Positions 41,016 through 53,353 of a stretch of 64,000 nt of DNA are shown piece after piece (position 1 is the first letter of the stretch; each line of letters opens with the position of its first letter). The notes beneath the pieces are model-generated. The model saw nothing but the letters and a program-made list of their open reading frames with translations. It did no database searches and was not told where the DNA came from. Origin of the DNA: Catajapyx aquilonaris (Eukaryota); NCBI GenBank assembly GCA_000934665.2, contig KZ538028.1, positions 1 through 64,000 of the forward strand, in the 5' to 3' direction. A program made the translations under genes and the position numbers.

Positions 41016-41467
41016 GCATGTAAAGCTGCAAATTTAGTTGGTCCCCAGTTTCCCTTCAAACACAATAAAAAGTGTTCAGTTGTACATTTAAAAACAAGTA
41101 AAACAGCAATTTTATTCAAAACTCGGCTCGATTCCATTTGATGGCAGGTGGAAGCACCAGTTCACCGGGATGGGTATTGTTAAGGCAACAATTCCACCTG
41201 AGGACAACAGTCCCTTTTCATAAAATAACCGCACTTCAGTGAGCCTGTTAGACAGGTATGCTCATCTACATTACTAACATTTGGGATGGCAGTTAAGAGT
41301 TAACTTGTGTGGATGTTTCCAAAAAAATATAGATTCAGAAGTTTGTGAGATGAGTGAGGGGAAGGGTGTTTTGGCACTGAAGCAGGCAAAAAAACAAATA
41401 ATTTGAGGCACAGGACGGCACAATAAAAGAGGCTTGTCAGGAGGGAGGGGATGGGGGAGGGACGTGG

Positions 41468-44400
41468 TTATAGCAGGGTGCACTTGCTCTTCTTCTTCTT
41501 GTATGGGGCCTTGATGAGCGGCCTTTCCAGAGCCTGAAACTTACGTACAATTCGTACCAGCTCCTGGAAGGCCTGGTCCACGTTCATGCGAAGCTTGGCG
41601 CTGCACTCAATGTAAGGGATCTTCAGCTGGCGGGACAGGTGGTAGGCTTCCTCTAGGGACACCTGTGGGAAGGGAGGAAATGCTATGTTTTAAGTTGGAA
41701 CCTTGGTGTACTCTAGGTTTTCAAGCGAGAAGATGGTGTTGACTTGGTTCCGGCAGATGGGAGGGTGGGGTGACATGCAAGGTCTGGCATGTTGCCATTG
41801 CCCCCTGCTTTTAATGGGATGTTGTCCTCTAGGTATCCTATTCCCTCCCCATTAGGGAGCCTAGGGCAATATAGCAGGTTCTGCAACATAATATCAAAGA
41901 GCACTTTTGTCAAGACTGCAATAGGATATTGTGGGGGTGCACTTGCAGAACCTCGTAAATCAACAAATTAATTTTTCAGCACGACACAAATGTTACTTTC
42001 TGTTACCGCTAGGGTGCACGATCCACAGGAAACCGCCAAACAAGTGGTTGACCCTTGTTATTAATTGTTTAAAATATTGTTACATCAGTGAATAATGATC
42101 AACCGCTTGTTATAGATTTACTATCAATGATGCAGAATAGGCTAAGGGCCAGTTGCACCGGCCTCAGTATAACAATGATCAACAATGATTGCTATGGCAA
42201 TTCTTGTTATACCCGAGGTTCTAAGTTATACTGAGGCCGGTGCAACTGGCCCTAAGTATATATCTGGTAATATGGTACGTTAAGAAAATGCAATTATTTG
42301 ACTCGAAAGAAGCTTGGGAAATTTCAGGACCTTCATAAGTTGCAATTTGTATAGGCAGCAATAGCTATCATCCAGTTTTACAACCTTAAAATAATACCAA
42401 ATCAACTCACTAAAAGCGGCAAGTACAGTAAGCGGATTTAGTGCAAGGTGACGAGTTCTTATATGTGGGGTCCCCAGGTTGAAGCTATGGAATGTTCATC
42501 AAGGCAAAAAGTTCCCATCATAAACAGTACCGGTAATTCACTTGTCACAATATTGTTTTCTTTTTAATATGGTTCCTGGGGTAAACAATCCATAACTTCT
42601 TCCCTTGAACTGGTGACCTTAGCAGTGCCCCACCCTGAATCGTGTATATCAAAGCATTGCAGGTGAATGGGGAATCCATACACATTAGAATAATTACCTC
42701 ACGTTTTTGCAAGTCAACTTGTTATTCCAGCACCAGCTTTTCCCTCTCTGAGTCATGAAAAGGTTTATCTCGGCGAACAGTTAGGACTGCATAACTATTG
42801 GAACATTGTGATCAGATGTTCAATTGCAGTTGTGTTGCATTTTATGACTGTCTATTTCAAGAGGCTGATGCATAGGTAATCCAGGTTTGCAAATAGATCT
42901 ATTATTGTCGGATTCAAAGCTTGACGGAGTTCCCTGGTTTTTCCCAACCACCCAAATCCTCCTGTCCCTACCCATGCCCTACCCCACCACCTCCAAAATG
43001 TGACCATTTCTTCCGAGCCTAATCCGCAAAAGGGTTCTGGAGAAAGAGATTAAAATGCGATGGTGCCGTACGTCTCCTGTAAGATAAATAATTTACAAGA
43101 ATTAACTACTAAGACACAGCACTGGTCCTGTATCGGCGTCTGTAATAGGCAACACCGGTTTCTGGCCTGACCCATACGAACCCTTTTGCATATTAGGTGT
43201 GGTAGGAATGGGGGCTAATTTTGAGGTAGTGGGGTTGGGACATGAGGATTTGGGTGGTTAGGAAAAACCCAGAAACTCAGTCAAGTTTTGAATCCGACAA
43301 TACCACCCTGATATCGTAACAGAAAAATTTAATTAGCATGCATTCCAATGGACTGCAAAAAAATGATTATTTAAAATAAGTTAATATGCTTTAAAAGTGT
43401 TATGTAAACACTCTACTATATCATAGGTATTAGCTCATTGTACCTAGATTTTACTGCAAGTACATTGGTCATTATCATCCATACAATTGCCATAATTAAG
43501 ATCTAGATAGGCTATAATGATACAGTGAGCATTTTGACATTCTCAAGGGCCTTTCGTGATTTGATTTGTACGGTTGACTTTACGTTTTTTCCCCCCTGCA
43601 ACTAACCTTGTGCTGGTTAGGACGTTTTTGCCAGGGGCTCTCCATGCATGATACATTATTAATGGAAGGACAAGGTGGAAACAGTCAGATTGCTGTTTGA
43701 AACCCTTCATTATTTAAGGCCACAATGCCCAGTCTCACAATTTACCGCCACTGTAAACCAAAGGGAAGATGTAGCCTGAATATTTCAAAGCCTTTTCTAT
43801 ACAGTAACATTGAGCAAACACATGAATGCATCTCATTTAATTTCCTCACATGGAAATGCTACTGAATTTTTCACATTTTTGGCGCAACAAGGCATTATTT
43901 GAATTAATCTTTGATGACCTCTTTCCACACCCTGCCCCATTGTCTTGTACACTGCATAAAACATCTGGCATGATCCACAACACTACTGTACATAAAGCTG
44001 GGCATCACAGGTTAATATTGTGCTGCTCCTCAATCACTCCAATTAAAGAGAACTATAACAGTCAGCTCTATGTGCACAGCCTACATTGATTGTGAGCTGA
44101 TGCTGTCAATTATAACACAAAGCGAAAGGTCTATCCTTCTAAATGTAAAACATTCAACACTCTAATTAGCACAGGAAGTAATTACATTTACAACATCGAA
44201 GAAATCCCTACACACCCAGAGCAATCCCATTTGGGTGCGGAAACATTAATTAGAATATATCCCATCCCATTTATGGATTTTAATGGCTTTATTATACCCC
44301 CCAGGCTTGTCATAACAGGTTCACATGGCAATGCCTATTCTGGGTCATGACAGGAGCTAACGCTAGGAAACGCAGTGATAAAAGTGATAGCTGCATCCCA

Positions 44401-47260
44401 ACTATGGTCACGAGTGGGATGCAAAATTCCGGGAAAGGACCACTACTAAGGAATGTGCCACTGACACACATTCATTCTGTTCTAAGAACTAACAAGCTGT
44501 TGAATCTAGCAGTGGGAGTGATCCATTAGAGGTGGGCAAAGGGTGTGTTTGCATCTATAATTAGTAGGAGAGAGAGAGAGAGAGCAAGAGATGGAGAGAC
44601 AGTGCAGTTGCATAATTGGTGGTGGGTGGGGAGTGACGTCATCCAGTGTGTGTACAAGGTGGGATAGAGCGGGGTGGAGGGTGAGTGGGAGCAAACTTGC
44701 TTTCTTTTTTGTTACGCGTGTTCCATAAATGGTAAGGACAAGAGCCCTGGACGAAGGCTCGGCATTCCAGTTGCAAGACGCTGTTTGGGTGTTTAACTTT
44801 CCCCCCCACCCCATCTAATCTCCTGAAGGCAGGCAGCTGGATGATGAGTAAAAATCCCCTCCTCTTGCCACCAGCCTGTTGTCCCACTTTTTCCCCAGTC
44901 TATTTCGGCTGGCTCTGATTTAGCTCACACACTCACGCCCACACACGCACACATAGACACACTCTGCCACCGTTAATTAAAATGAAAGGTTTACTTACGC
45001 CCCTCTGGTGGTCCAGGTCACACTTGTTCCCAACCAGGAGCATGGGGAACTCGTCCCTGTCTTTGACCCGGAGGATTTGCTTGTGGAACTTGAACACTTC
45101 GTCGAATGAGGCGCGGTCAGATACACTGAACACTAGCAGGAATCCTTCTCCGCTGCGCATGTATTGTTCTCTCATGGCGCTGAATTCTTCTTGGCCGGCA
45201 GTGTCCAGAACTGTCAACATTCAAACTCATTAGAATGACCGGTGATTGTTGCAAGATATCGCAAATATGTAGAACAATCAAAATTTGATGCACCTCTGAA
45301 GTAATGATGTGCACAATGTTCAAAATTTAAATACTGGCATTATTACTCGTATTATTAGTTCTGTGCTGTAAGGCCTGAATTTACGAGCTGATTGATGGGA
45401 TTGTAATGGTTACACAATACGGTGCAGCTAGGACTAGAGAATGAGATTACAGAATTGTAACTGTTAAAATAACTCAGCATCAGTTGAATTTTTGCAAATA
45501 TTATGTGCAAAGACGCAATCGCCATGCAAACACAGGCTAATGAAGTCTTGTAAACACTCAGCTTATCCATGCAAGTCATGCATTCAACAATAGCTTATAA
45601 GTGGGTGAGTCATGAAAGAATGAGTGACCTTGAGTAACTCTGCAATGACCTTCACATTACTCCACTACTACCACTAGCTTTGCATGTAGAGTGCATGAAA
45701 GTGACAGCTGCACTTGCAAGCGGTTATGTAAAGTGATGGAGGATGCAAGATGAACGAGATAGACTCACTGTCTAGTTTAGCTGGAATCTCATCTATGACG
45801 CACTGCTTGGTGTAAGAGTCCTCGATGGTTGGGTCGTAATCTGGCACGAAGTAGCTCTAAAAACCATGGAATGAAAAGCATTTTAATCGCAAGTACAGGC
45901 AAGAAGGTATCTTCAGCGGACATTGCAATGCATTGTGCTCCAAAAGAGTAACATGACACTATTATAGTCATAGCCACATGGCTTTATCAGGTGGCGCATT
46001 ATTATCAGTGTCTTGATATATGTCCTGAGGAAGTAGCGACTTTAGTAACCACAAATATTCCTTAAGAAGGGAGTGGATTTTTCCAGAGGAAATGCATGTG
46101 GTTGTGAGAGTCATGGTTTATCACAAAAAGCAACTGAAAACCACAGCAGTTCCTTAAATACTTCAAACCAGTTTTGCAAACCAATCCAGACAACCCTGAA
46201 GGGCAGGTGTAATCGTTAAAAGTTTCTCACGGGTCAGGCGTAACCACTGCTTTGACTTGACAAAATTGATGGCCAGCAGTGATTTTTGCAAACCTGTCAG
46301 ATGTGCATACAGGCCAGTTCCCTTAGCCCTAAACCACTAATAGCAGGCTAATCATGGGACAAGAACCAGCCACTAGTTTTTTTAATCCTGCAAAGGACAA
46401 AAGAAGCAGTTTTTGCACGACTTCTGGACAACATGAACAGAATTAATAATGCTACGTACACAAACTGAAATGCGATTAAAATTGTCTGACGTTACTCAGG
46501 ACAAATGTAACCACCCTTCATTTAATGGGGTTTAAACAATGACATTAATAATTAAAAACTGAAATTAAGTTAATTGAAATTTCACAGTTTGAAAATTAAC
46601 TATCTTCCAAATTATGGTGTTCAGTAGTACTTGAATAGCAAATTGGTGAATTGGTGCAAACTATGTTAGACAAAGTGTCTGAATCCTGCCCTAAAGGACT
46701 GAAACACTGAATCTGTGGACAGTTAGAGCAGACTTCAGAGGGGGTTGTTGAACTTAAATGCAGTGCCTAAGATGTTGTGTGATAATCCTCTGATTCATAG
46801 GCCGCATTTATTCCAGACATATTAGGGAGCCCATTCCAAGCTAGCTATTGTCTTCACTAAAACATGCCGTCACTTACATTGAAAGTTACCATTGTGTGCA
46901 ATGACACCGATGATTTTAAAAGAGCACCGCTGTTATGCAACATCCACCTGACGTTCATGATCAGATAGTTCAATTTGTGTTTACAACAATTTTAAACATG
47001 GAACTCATCCCACGTGTTTTTGCGTGTGGCATATTCCCCCGAAGCAGGTTTCGCAAATATCTCGTTATTCCATACCACCTGAGCCCAAAAACGAGCCGTA
47101 CCTGTATGAACTGTATGGTGAGCGCTGATTTTCCGACGCCTCCACCTCCGACCACCACCAACTTGTAGGTCGGCGACACCGGGTATCCCCCTGCATTGTT
47201 GTAGCTGTGATTGTACGTCACCGACCTCTCAGACGAGTAGCTGCGACTCTCGTACGGCAT
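41468..47260 (-). CDS. RRAS2: R-Ras subfamily GTPase (R-Ras2/Ras64B-like)
   Basis: Exons 47260-47102, 45856-45769, 45210-44999, 41662-41468. G1 GGGGVGKS, effector [24 protein letters not shown], polybasic tail with CaaX CTLL. Confidence 0.95.
42146..42252. mobile_element. PIF/Harbinger-type MITE
   Basis: Perfect 28-bp TIRs GGGCCAGTTGCACCGGCCTCAGTATAAC with TAA on both sides. Confidence 0.85.
42903..43302. mobile_element. Long inverted-repeat (MITE-like) element
   Basis: TATTGTCGGATTCAAA...TTTGAATCCGACAATA ends with imperfect arms of about 135 bp. Confidence 0.7.
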
Positions 47261-48573
47261 CCTTATTAACTCCGACGATGAGTGTCTGTGGCACGTGCAC
47301 TTTGATCGGTTGTCAACAGCGACTGTGCGTCACCAGTCAGCAACACGTCATAGGGAAACACACACTGTCGGGCTATAACGATGACGACCACTCCATTGCC
47401 CTGCCCGACGACTCTTTTCTTCTCTTCTTTTTTTTGGGTTCGCAGGCAGCTACACACAACCTGCTTGCTTGCTCCCACCCTCCTTGGCTCTCCCCTAGTG
47501 TAGTCCCCTTCCTTGAATTACTTGAATCCTGAATACCCCGCCCGCGGCACCAGCTCCCCCCTCAAAACCCCACACCCACAGCCTGTTGCGCCTGGCCACC
47601 CACCCACTTTACCACCCACGTACGTACTCCATGTACAGGATGCTGGCTACATCTCCTGGCATACAAGTGGACTCCACCAAGGCCAATGATTCACATGCTC
47701 CATCTACCGGTCGTGTAATCCGTAACTTTTTTTTTTCATTAAAAAAAAAAGCTACTGTATTTTCACGCTCATAATGAATACAGTAGGCTGACTTTAATTT
47801 TTTGTAACATTATCCAGGCAGCTGGATTGCATGAGAAAGGCAGAACTAAGCCCACTTTGTGGCCGCGGCTCTGTCGTCTGAACCCCACTAGCCCCGACCG
47901 GCCATGGATTTGCCGGGGCATGGCCCCGGCAAACTGGTCCCGTCTGGACGACCCCTATCAAGTTTACTGCTTCATGGGTCCAGATTTTTCCTAGCAGAAC
48001 TGTTGGCGAAAAAATACAAATGGCACGTATTATCTCACCGGATTTATTTCCCCCACATCAGCATTCAGAAAATCCTTAACAGTAAATTGGCCATCCATAC
48101 ATTTCATCCCTGACTGTCATCCACACTGGCAAAGAAGTGATATTTCTCTTCCAGTTAACTCTGCATCTTCATTGTGCATGAATAAGTAATTAAAATAATA
48201 AATGATCGGAGATATTAATAAATACTTTTCTCAACATTATCAAACGGCTGCTACATAACTGAAATGATTGTCTGTAAAACTTGAGATACAAGATACCACA
48301 AGGTAGTAAACCATTAAACTGAGCTTACCGTACATGTCTAATATGCCCGACTGCTATTGTAAATAAAAAGGGAAAGAATTACACACGTTTCCCGAAGGAG
48401 CAATGAGCAGTGTTCAATCATACCTGGAAGACCCTATTCTTCTCACCTTGCGACATACTGATTCATCCATATTCCCACCCAAAATTACATCATGCATAGC
48501 AGGAAATAGAATTCAATTGGTCCATTTTGCACAACTTCATCCATAAACAACAAGGGAAGAAGCCTCCATCCTA

Positions 48574-51500
48574 CTACTGCTGCAGCTGGACGTAGTTTGC
48601 AGGGAACAGCCCATATTGTCCCTTGCACAGGCCACGCCACCAGCCTTCGTCAATCTGCAAATTTCCACAACAAAACGTCACCAAAAGCTGCCCCTGCACT
48701 TCATGGAACAACTTACCATTTCAACACTGGTGATGATGTCATCTGGATCAAATGAAATCTCGTCCTCTGCAGCTGTGAAAGAAGAGGATTTATGAAGCCA
48801 GCTTCTGTCTATACCTTAGACGCATGCTAAAAATCTATCCATAACACAGGAGGTGAGAGGGAATTGTGAGGTCGAATCTTGTAAACGAGGAGTAGGGTGG
48901 TGGGCAAACATTTGTCGCTACTTTATTTTTGGGTCATCTCTTTGCATGATTCTCCTCTAAGTTCCAATGCAAATAGTGCACTCACCAGCCTGATAATCAT
49001 ATAGTGCAATTGCACTGATGCCTGTGTCCTCTCCCATCTCACCAACCACCACTCCCTCCTCTTCTGCTTCTTCCTCCACAATGGTATTCTCATAAGTAGC
49101 CTCTTCCACTTCTGGAACTTCAATCCGTGGGGCCACAGCTTCCTCAACATGCTGTTTGGGTGGTTCTGGTGGCGGTTGTTGCGGAATATGAATCTGCGGT
49201 TGTTGCGGCATCTGAATCTGCGGTTGTTGCGGCATCTGAATCTGCGGTTGTTGCGGCATCTGAATCTGTGGTTGTTGTGGCATCTGAATCTGCGGTTGAT
49301 GCACATTCTGCGGTTGCATTGTTTGTGGCTCTGGTGTTGGTTCAGGTTGCTGTATGCCTTCTGGTTCAGGCCTCATTGCAATAGTCGATGTCTTGTTCTC
49401 AATTGTTGGCACTGCTGTGACAGTTGCATTGTTTGTGGTATCCCTCTGCCTTTCCTCCTCCTCCCTCTCCTTCCTCCTCTGCCTCTCTGCCATTGTCCTC
49501 TTTGCACCTTCGTCCTCCTGGCTGCGAGCCATGCTCTCAAACTTAGCCCTCAGACCTGACGCCTTTCTCTCTGGAACTGGACATCCAACGTTAACCTTGC
49601 TAACCCCTAAATTCATTGTAATGGGTATTACCTGGCACGTTAGCCCTTTCTGGTACACCCCTAGGTAGACCACCCTCCTCCTCCTGGAATCCATGAGCAC
49701 TCTTATCCATTCTGTCGCTCTGCACGCCAAATTTCCCTCCAAACCCCTTCTTTTGATCGGTCTGGCTCTCATGCTGGTGAAGCGACTCCACGTGATCCCA
49801 TCCAACTGCTGACCTGTCAGTCCTGTCGCTCTGGACACCAAACTTGCCACCAAATCCCACGGAGTAGTCTAAGGAATTTTCAATACACATGCATTAACAC
49901 ACGAGTCAAAGTTGAGGTTCAAATACACCACCACCATAATGGCAATACGATTAACAGGTCACAGTGCAGGGTGTGTTAGACAACTTCCAACAACAGGTGC
50001 AAGCTTAGGTCAAACCAACACCACAATTGCAAAACTCCATCATTTTTTTACCCTTCTGTGAAGGATGTTTCTCGACCTTCTCAATGTGATCCCAACCAAG
50101 GGCACACTTGTCCTGCTGGTTCTTCTGCACTCCGTACCTCCCACCAAATCCAAATGAATAGTCTGAAAATTCCACTACTCATTACATCTTGCCCATTAAT
50201 GTTAAGCCAGCCATGTCCTGGCCAATCACAAAACATGAAGCCATGACATGTATTGCATTTTACGAATGAACCGGAAAAGAGTACGTATACATTACTTCAC
50301 AATAATTATAATGTTTAAAACTTGAAGAGCATAGCAATTCATTGAAAGCAAGTATCATTGAAAAATCTGAAAGTGAGCAAATCTACAGTCAGTTGAAACG
50401 ACACTGATTTAACTTTCACTAATTCCTTATGTCAAAGTTTTTGGACCAATGACCACTGACCTTTCTGTGACTCATGCTTCTGAAGTTTCTCAACATGATC
50501 CCAGCCAACTGCAGACTTGTCTTGCCGATCTGTCTGCAGCCCATATTTGCCCCCAAATCCAGCTGAATAATCCTTCTGTGACCCATGCTTCTCTACTTTC
50601 TCCACATGCTCCCAGTTCACAGCACACTAAAAGAGACGCAGGCATCCTAATATACCTTCACATCTTAAACCGTGCGAATGGGAGACTCTTGAAGGAAAGT
50701 ACCTTGTCAAATCGATCCTTCTGCACTCCAAACTTTCCACCAAATCCTGAGGAGTAATCTTTCTGCGATGCATGCTTCTCAACCTTCTCGATGTGGTCAT
50801 GTCCCAGAGCAGACCTATCCATCCTGTCAATTGCACGAAATTAATGACTGGAAAGTCCAGATAGAGCATCATCATCCCTTACCTGTCAGACTGAACTCCA
50901 AATTTCCCGCCATATCCATACGATGCCTGAGGCCCCTCCTCCATTTGCTGCCGCTTAAACTCTGCATCCTCTTTTGTGGCCTCCTCCCTCAGGCGGCTCA
51001 TGCTATACAAAAATCATGCAAGTTAGTGGTATGCAGTACGCATGTAAAAAGAGATCTGCTTGTTTTTCTGTCAGGTTAACAAGGCCAACCATACTACAAT
51101 TTGCATGCTGTAACAAATCACAACCGAAGGAGAATATTCCTGTTGTGTATTTGGCTACATAAGATGGCACATACCAACAAGTAATGTGTGACATTCCAAT
51201 GCATCTATTTTTCAAATATTCTCTGCCATGTTATTACACTCCATGTCTGAATAACACCATAGGATAAAACTACACTCATCACCATCATACATCATGGCAT
51301 GTCCGATGTCCCAATAAAAGGTGTTCCAGCAAATCAAGAGGAACTTCTACAATCCTCATGTAAAACTACAAATGGTACTATATCGCTCAAAAAGATAGAG
51401 ACGATTGGCATTTGATTCAAGTGCAAGTTGCACTTGAGTCAAATGCAAAATCGTCTCTATCTTTTTGGGCGATATAGTACATATGAATATTGCACACTAA

Positions 51501-52533
51501 TGTGAAGAAAGGAATGGCCAATTAAGCCTGATGCTTATTAGTTTTTGGTTGTTTGGATGATAAACAATACAAACTTCATGAATACTGAATATCAACAAAT
51601 TTTAATATGCACCATACTACACCAAACAACAACAATCTAAGCATAATAATAACCTATCACCAGATATTATCTGTATCTGGTGATAGGTCAGTATCTTGCT
51701 TAGATTGCCGTTGCTTCGAGTTAGCCAAGTTGTTTTGGATTTTTACAATGCATTACTCTGCACTGAATGATGCCAACTACTTCGCAAATTTTTGTTAATT
51801 AACTTCATATCTAGCTTCAGCGCTGGCTAGTCCTTTACAGGCGTGTTTGAAATCTTGTGAGAACCAACTTCTTGCTAAGTAAGAGAGCCTACGTGGGTGC
51901 AACCATTTTGTTTCAGGCCAGCGAGAATAGTGACAATCTAGTTCTTGCAAGCTTTCAAACCCACTGCGCAGGGAAATGTGCTTTTTTTTTCATTACGGCA
52001 TCTACTGTCACTGCAGCAATGCTACTGCAGTTGACAGATCATTTGTGTCACATGTGCATGATGTTACCTTTGCTAATTGCTTATATCGAGGGTGACAGGT
52101 CAGAAGGGGGTATGAGCCTGTAAGGGAATTTTACATGAGAGGGAAATAACGGTTTATTATTTCAATAGTCGTTATAATTTTGTAACTTTTTTGTGCAGCA
52201 CACACACGTTTTAATGCAGGTGAGATGTTACAAAATTATAATGAATATTGAAATAATGAAACGTTTTCCCCCTCTCATGTAAAATTCCCTTACAGGCTCA
52301 TACGCCCTTCTGACCTGTCACCCCCCCCGATATATTGTGACGCTTGCAACAGGAGTCACTTACTCGACTGCCCCCGCAGTCCTCCCTGACCCGGACACCG
52401 TCTTGGAGCCCCATCTCTGCTCCTCCTCGCTGACATCGTTCACGAAGTCCGGGTCCGTCTCCCAGTCGTCATCCGCATTGTTGTTGTTCCCATTGGACAC
52501 GTCCACCTTGGCACCAATCGACGCCTTCCACAT
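48574..52533 (-). CDS. CTTN: Cortactin (NTA, about 5.5 HS1 repeats, coiled coil, Pro/Gln-rich linker, SH3)
   Basis: Exons 52533-52364, 51002-50883, 50823-50703, 50626-50461, 50162-50052, 49868-49632, 49576-48986, 48772-48717, 48654-48574. [16 protein letters not shown], repeated [11 protein letters not shown]3 motifs ALYDY, GWW and GLFPANYV. Confidence 0.96.
49172..49298 (-). repeat. Coding 24-bp minisatellite (about 5 copies) encoding (PQIQMPQQ)n in cortactin
   Basis: Unit CTGAATCTGCGGTTGTTGCGGCAT on the + strand. Confidence 0.9.
51375..51480. mobile_element. Palindromic MITE-like family A, copy 2
   Basis: GTACTATATCGCTCAAAAAGAT...ATCTTTTTGGGCGATATAGTAC, almost fully self-complementary. 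Confidence 0.8.
52082..52334. mobile_element. Fold-back MITE in cortactin intron 1
   Basis: Inverted arms of about 100 bp (GGGTGACAGGTCAGAAGGG...GAGCCTGTAAGGGAATTTTACATGAGAGGG and its complement) with TATA at both ends. Confidence 0.8.
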
Positions 52534-53353
52534 CGTCGCGTCGCAGGCTTCAAAACCTCCTCTAGCCTTAAAAACCACAGGCTTCCTGGGCGTCTCTCTC
52601 TGCTACGAAATTCCTTATCAGAGCCTCGTCACATATCCGTCAAATCTGCTTCTAGATTAGGACTCCAGCTCCTGTCACCACACCAACGGCCCTGCAAATG
52701 TCTCACTGTCACACCTGCACTGTGCTCATTAAAGTCAGATATTAAAGTGATGGTGACTCACCCTCCTCTCTGATGAAGCAAACTTCTCGGTATGCAAGCT
52801 GAATAACCGGAAAAAAACTGACCTGTCCGCACTTGCCAATGGACACAACATGGCCGACACTAGATATGTAGTATTTAAAATAAATAGTATTAGCATGTTT
52901 AATTATGTAATTAACATGTGGTATATTAAACGGTGCTGCAACAATCCGGCAACACTGTCGGGCACGTTCATACAACCAACCCAGCGGTCGCATAACGTTT
53001 ATTCCGCACACTGATGACGTCACAGAGACGCTCGCCAGTTACGAAACGCACCCGTTCGGTTAGGTCAACATCCGCTTCGCTCAGTTGCTTTTCTTGGTAA
53101 AATTTTTTTCTTTCTTTCTTTTCCTTTCTGTGCACCTCGTTTCACACCCTTTGAATCCCAAATTCAGTCCCTGTTGCCTCCCTCTTTCTTCCTAGTCCGC
53201 CCTCGCACCAGAAACGGGGCTGAGGGAGCTTCCTAAATGCCACCCACTGGCTGAGAGAAGGGGTGGTAAACGCCCATCATCTGTGTGGACACATCATATA
53301 CTTGGAAGAAGGAAAATAATCATCAAAATCACGTCCCTTTCGAATAGGAAGCC

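Noticed and set aside
49127..49559. CRISPR-like array or repeat ORFs on the + strand
   Set aside because: A tandem 24-bp coding repeat with no spacers, in a eukaryotic gene.
51652..51688. 15-bp perfect inverted repeat, and degenerate ones at about 25818-25932 and 55975-56141
   Set aside because: Real but most likely MITE remnants; no duplication or family could be assigned.
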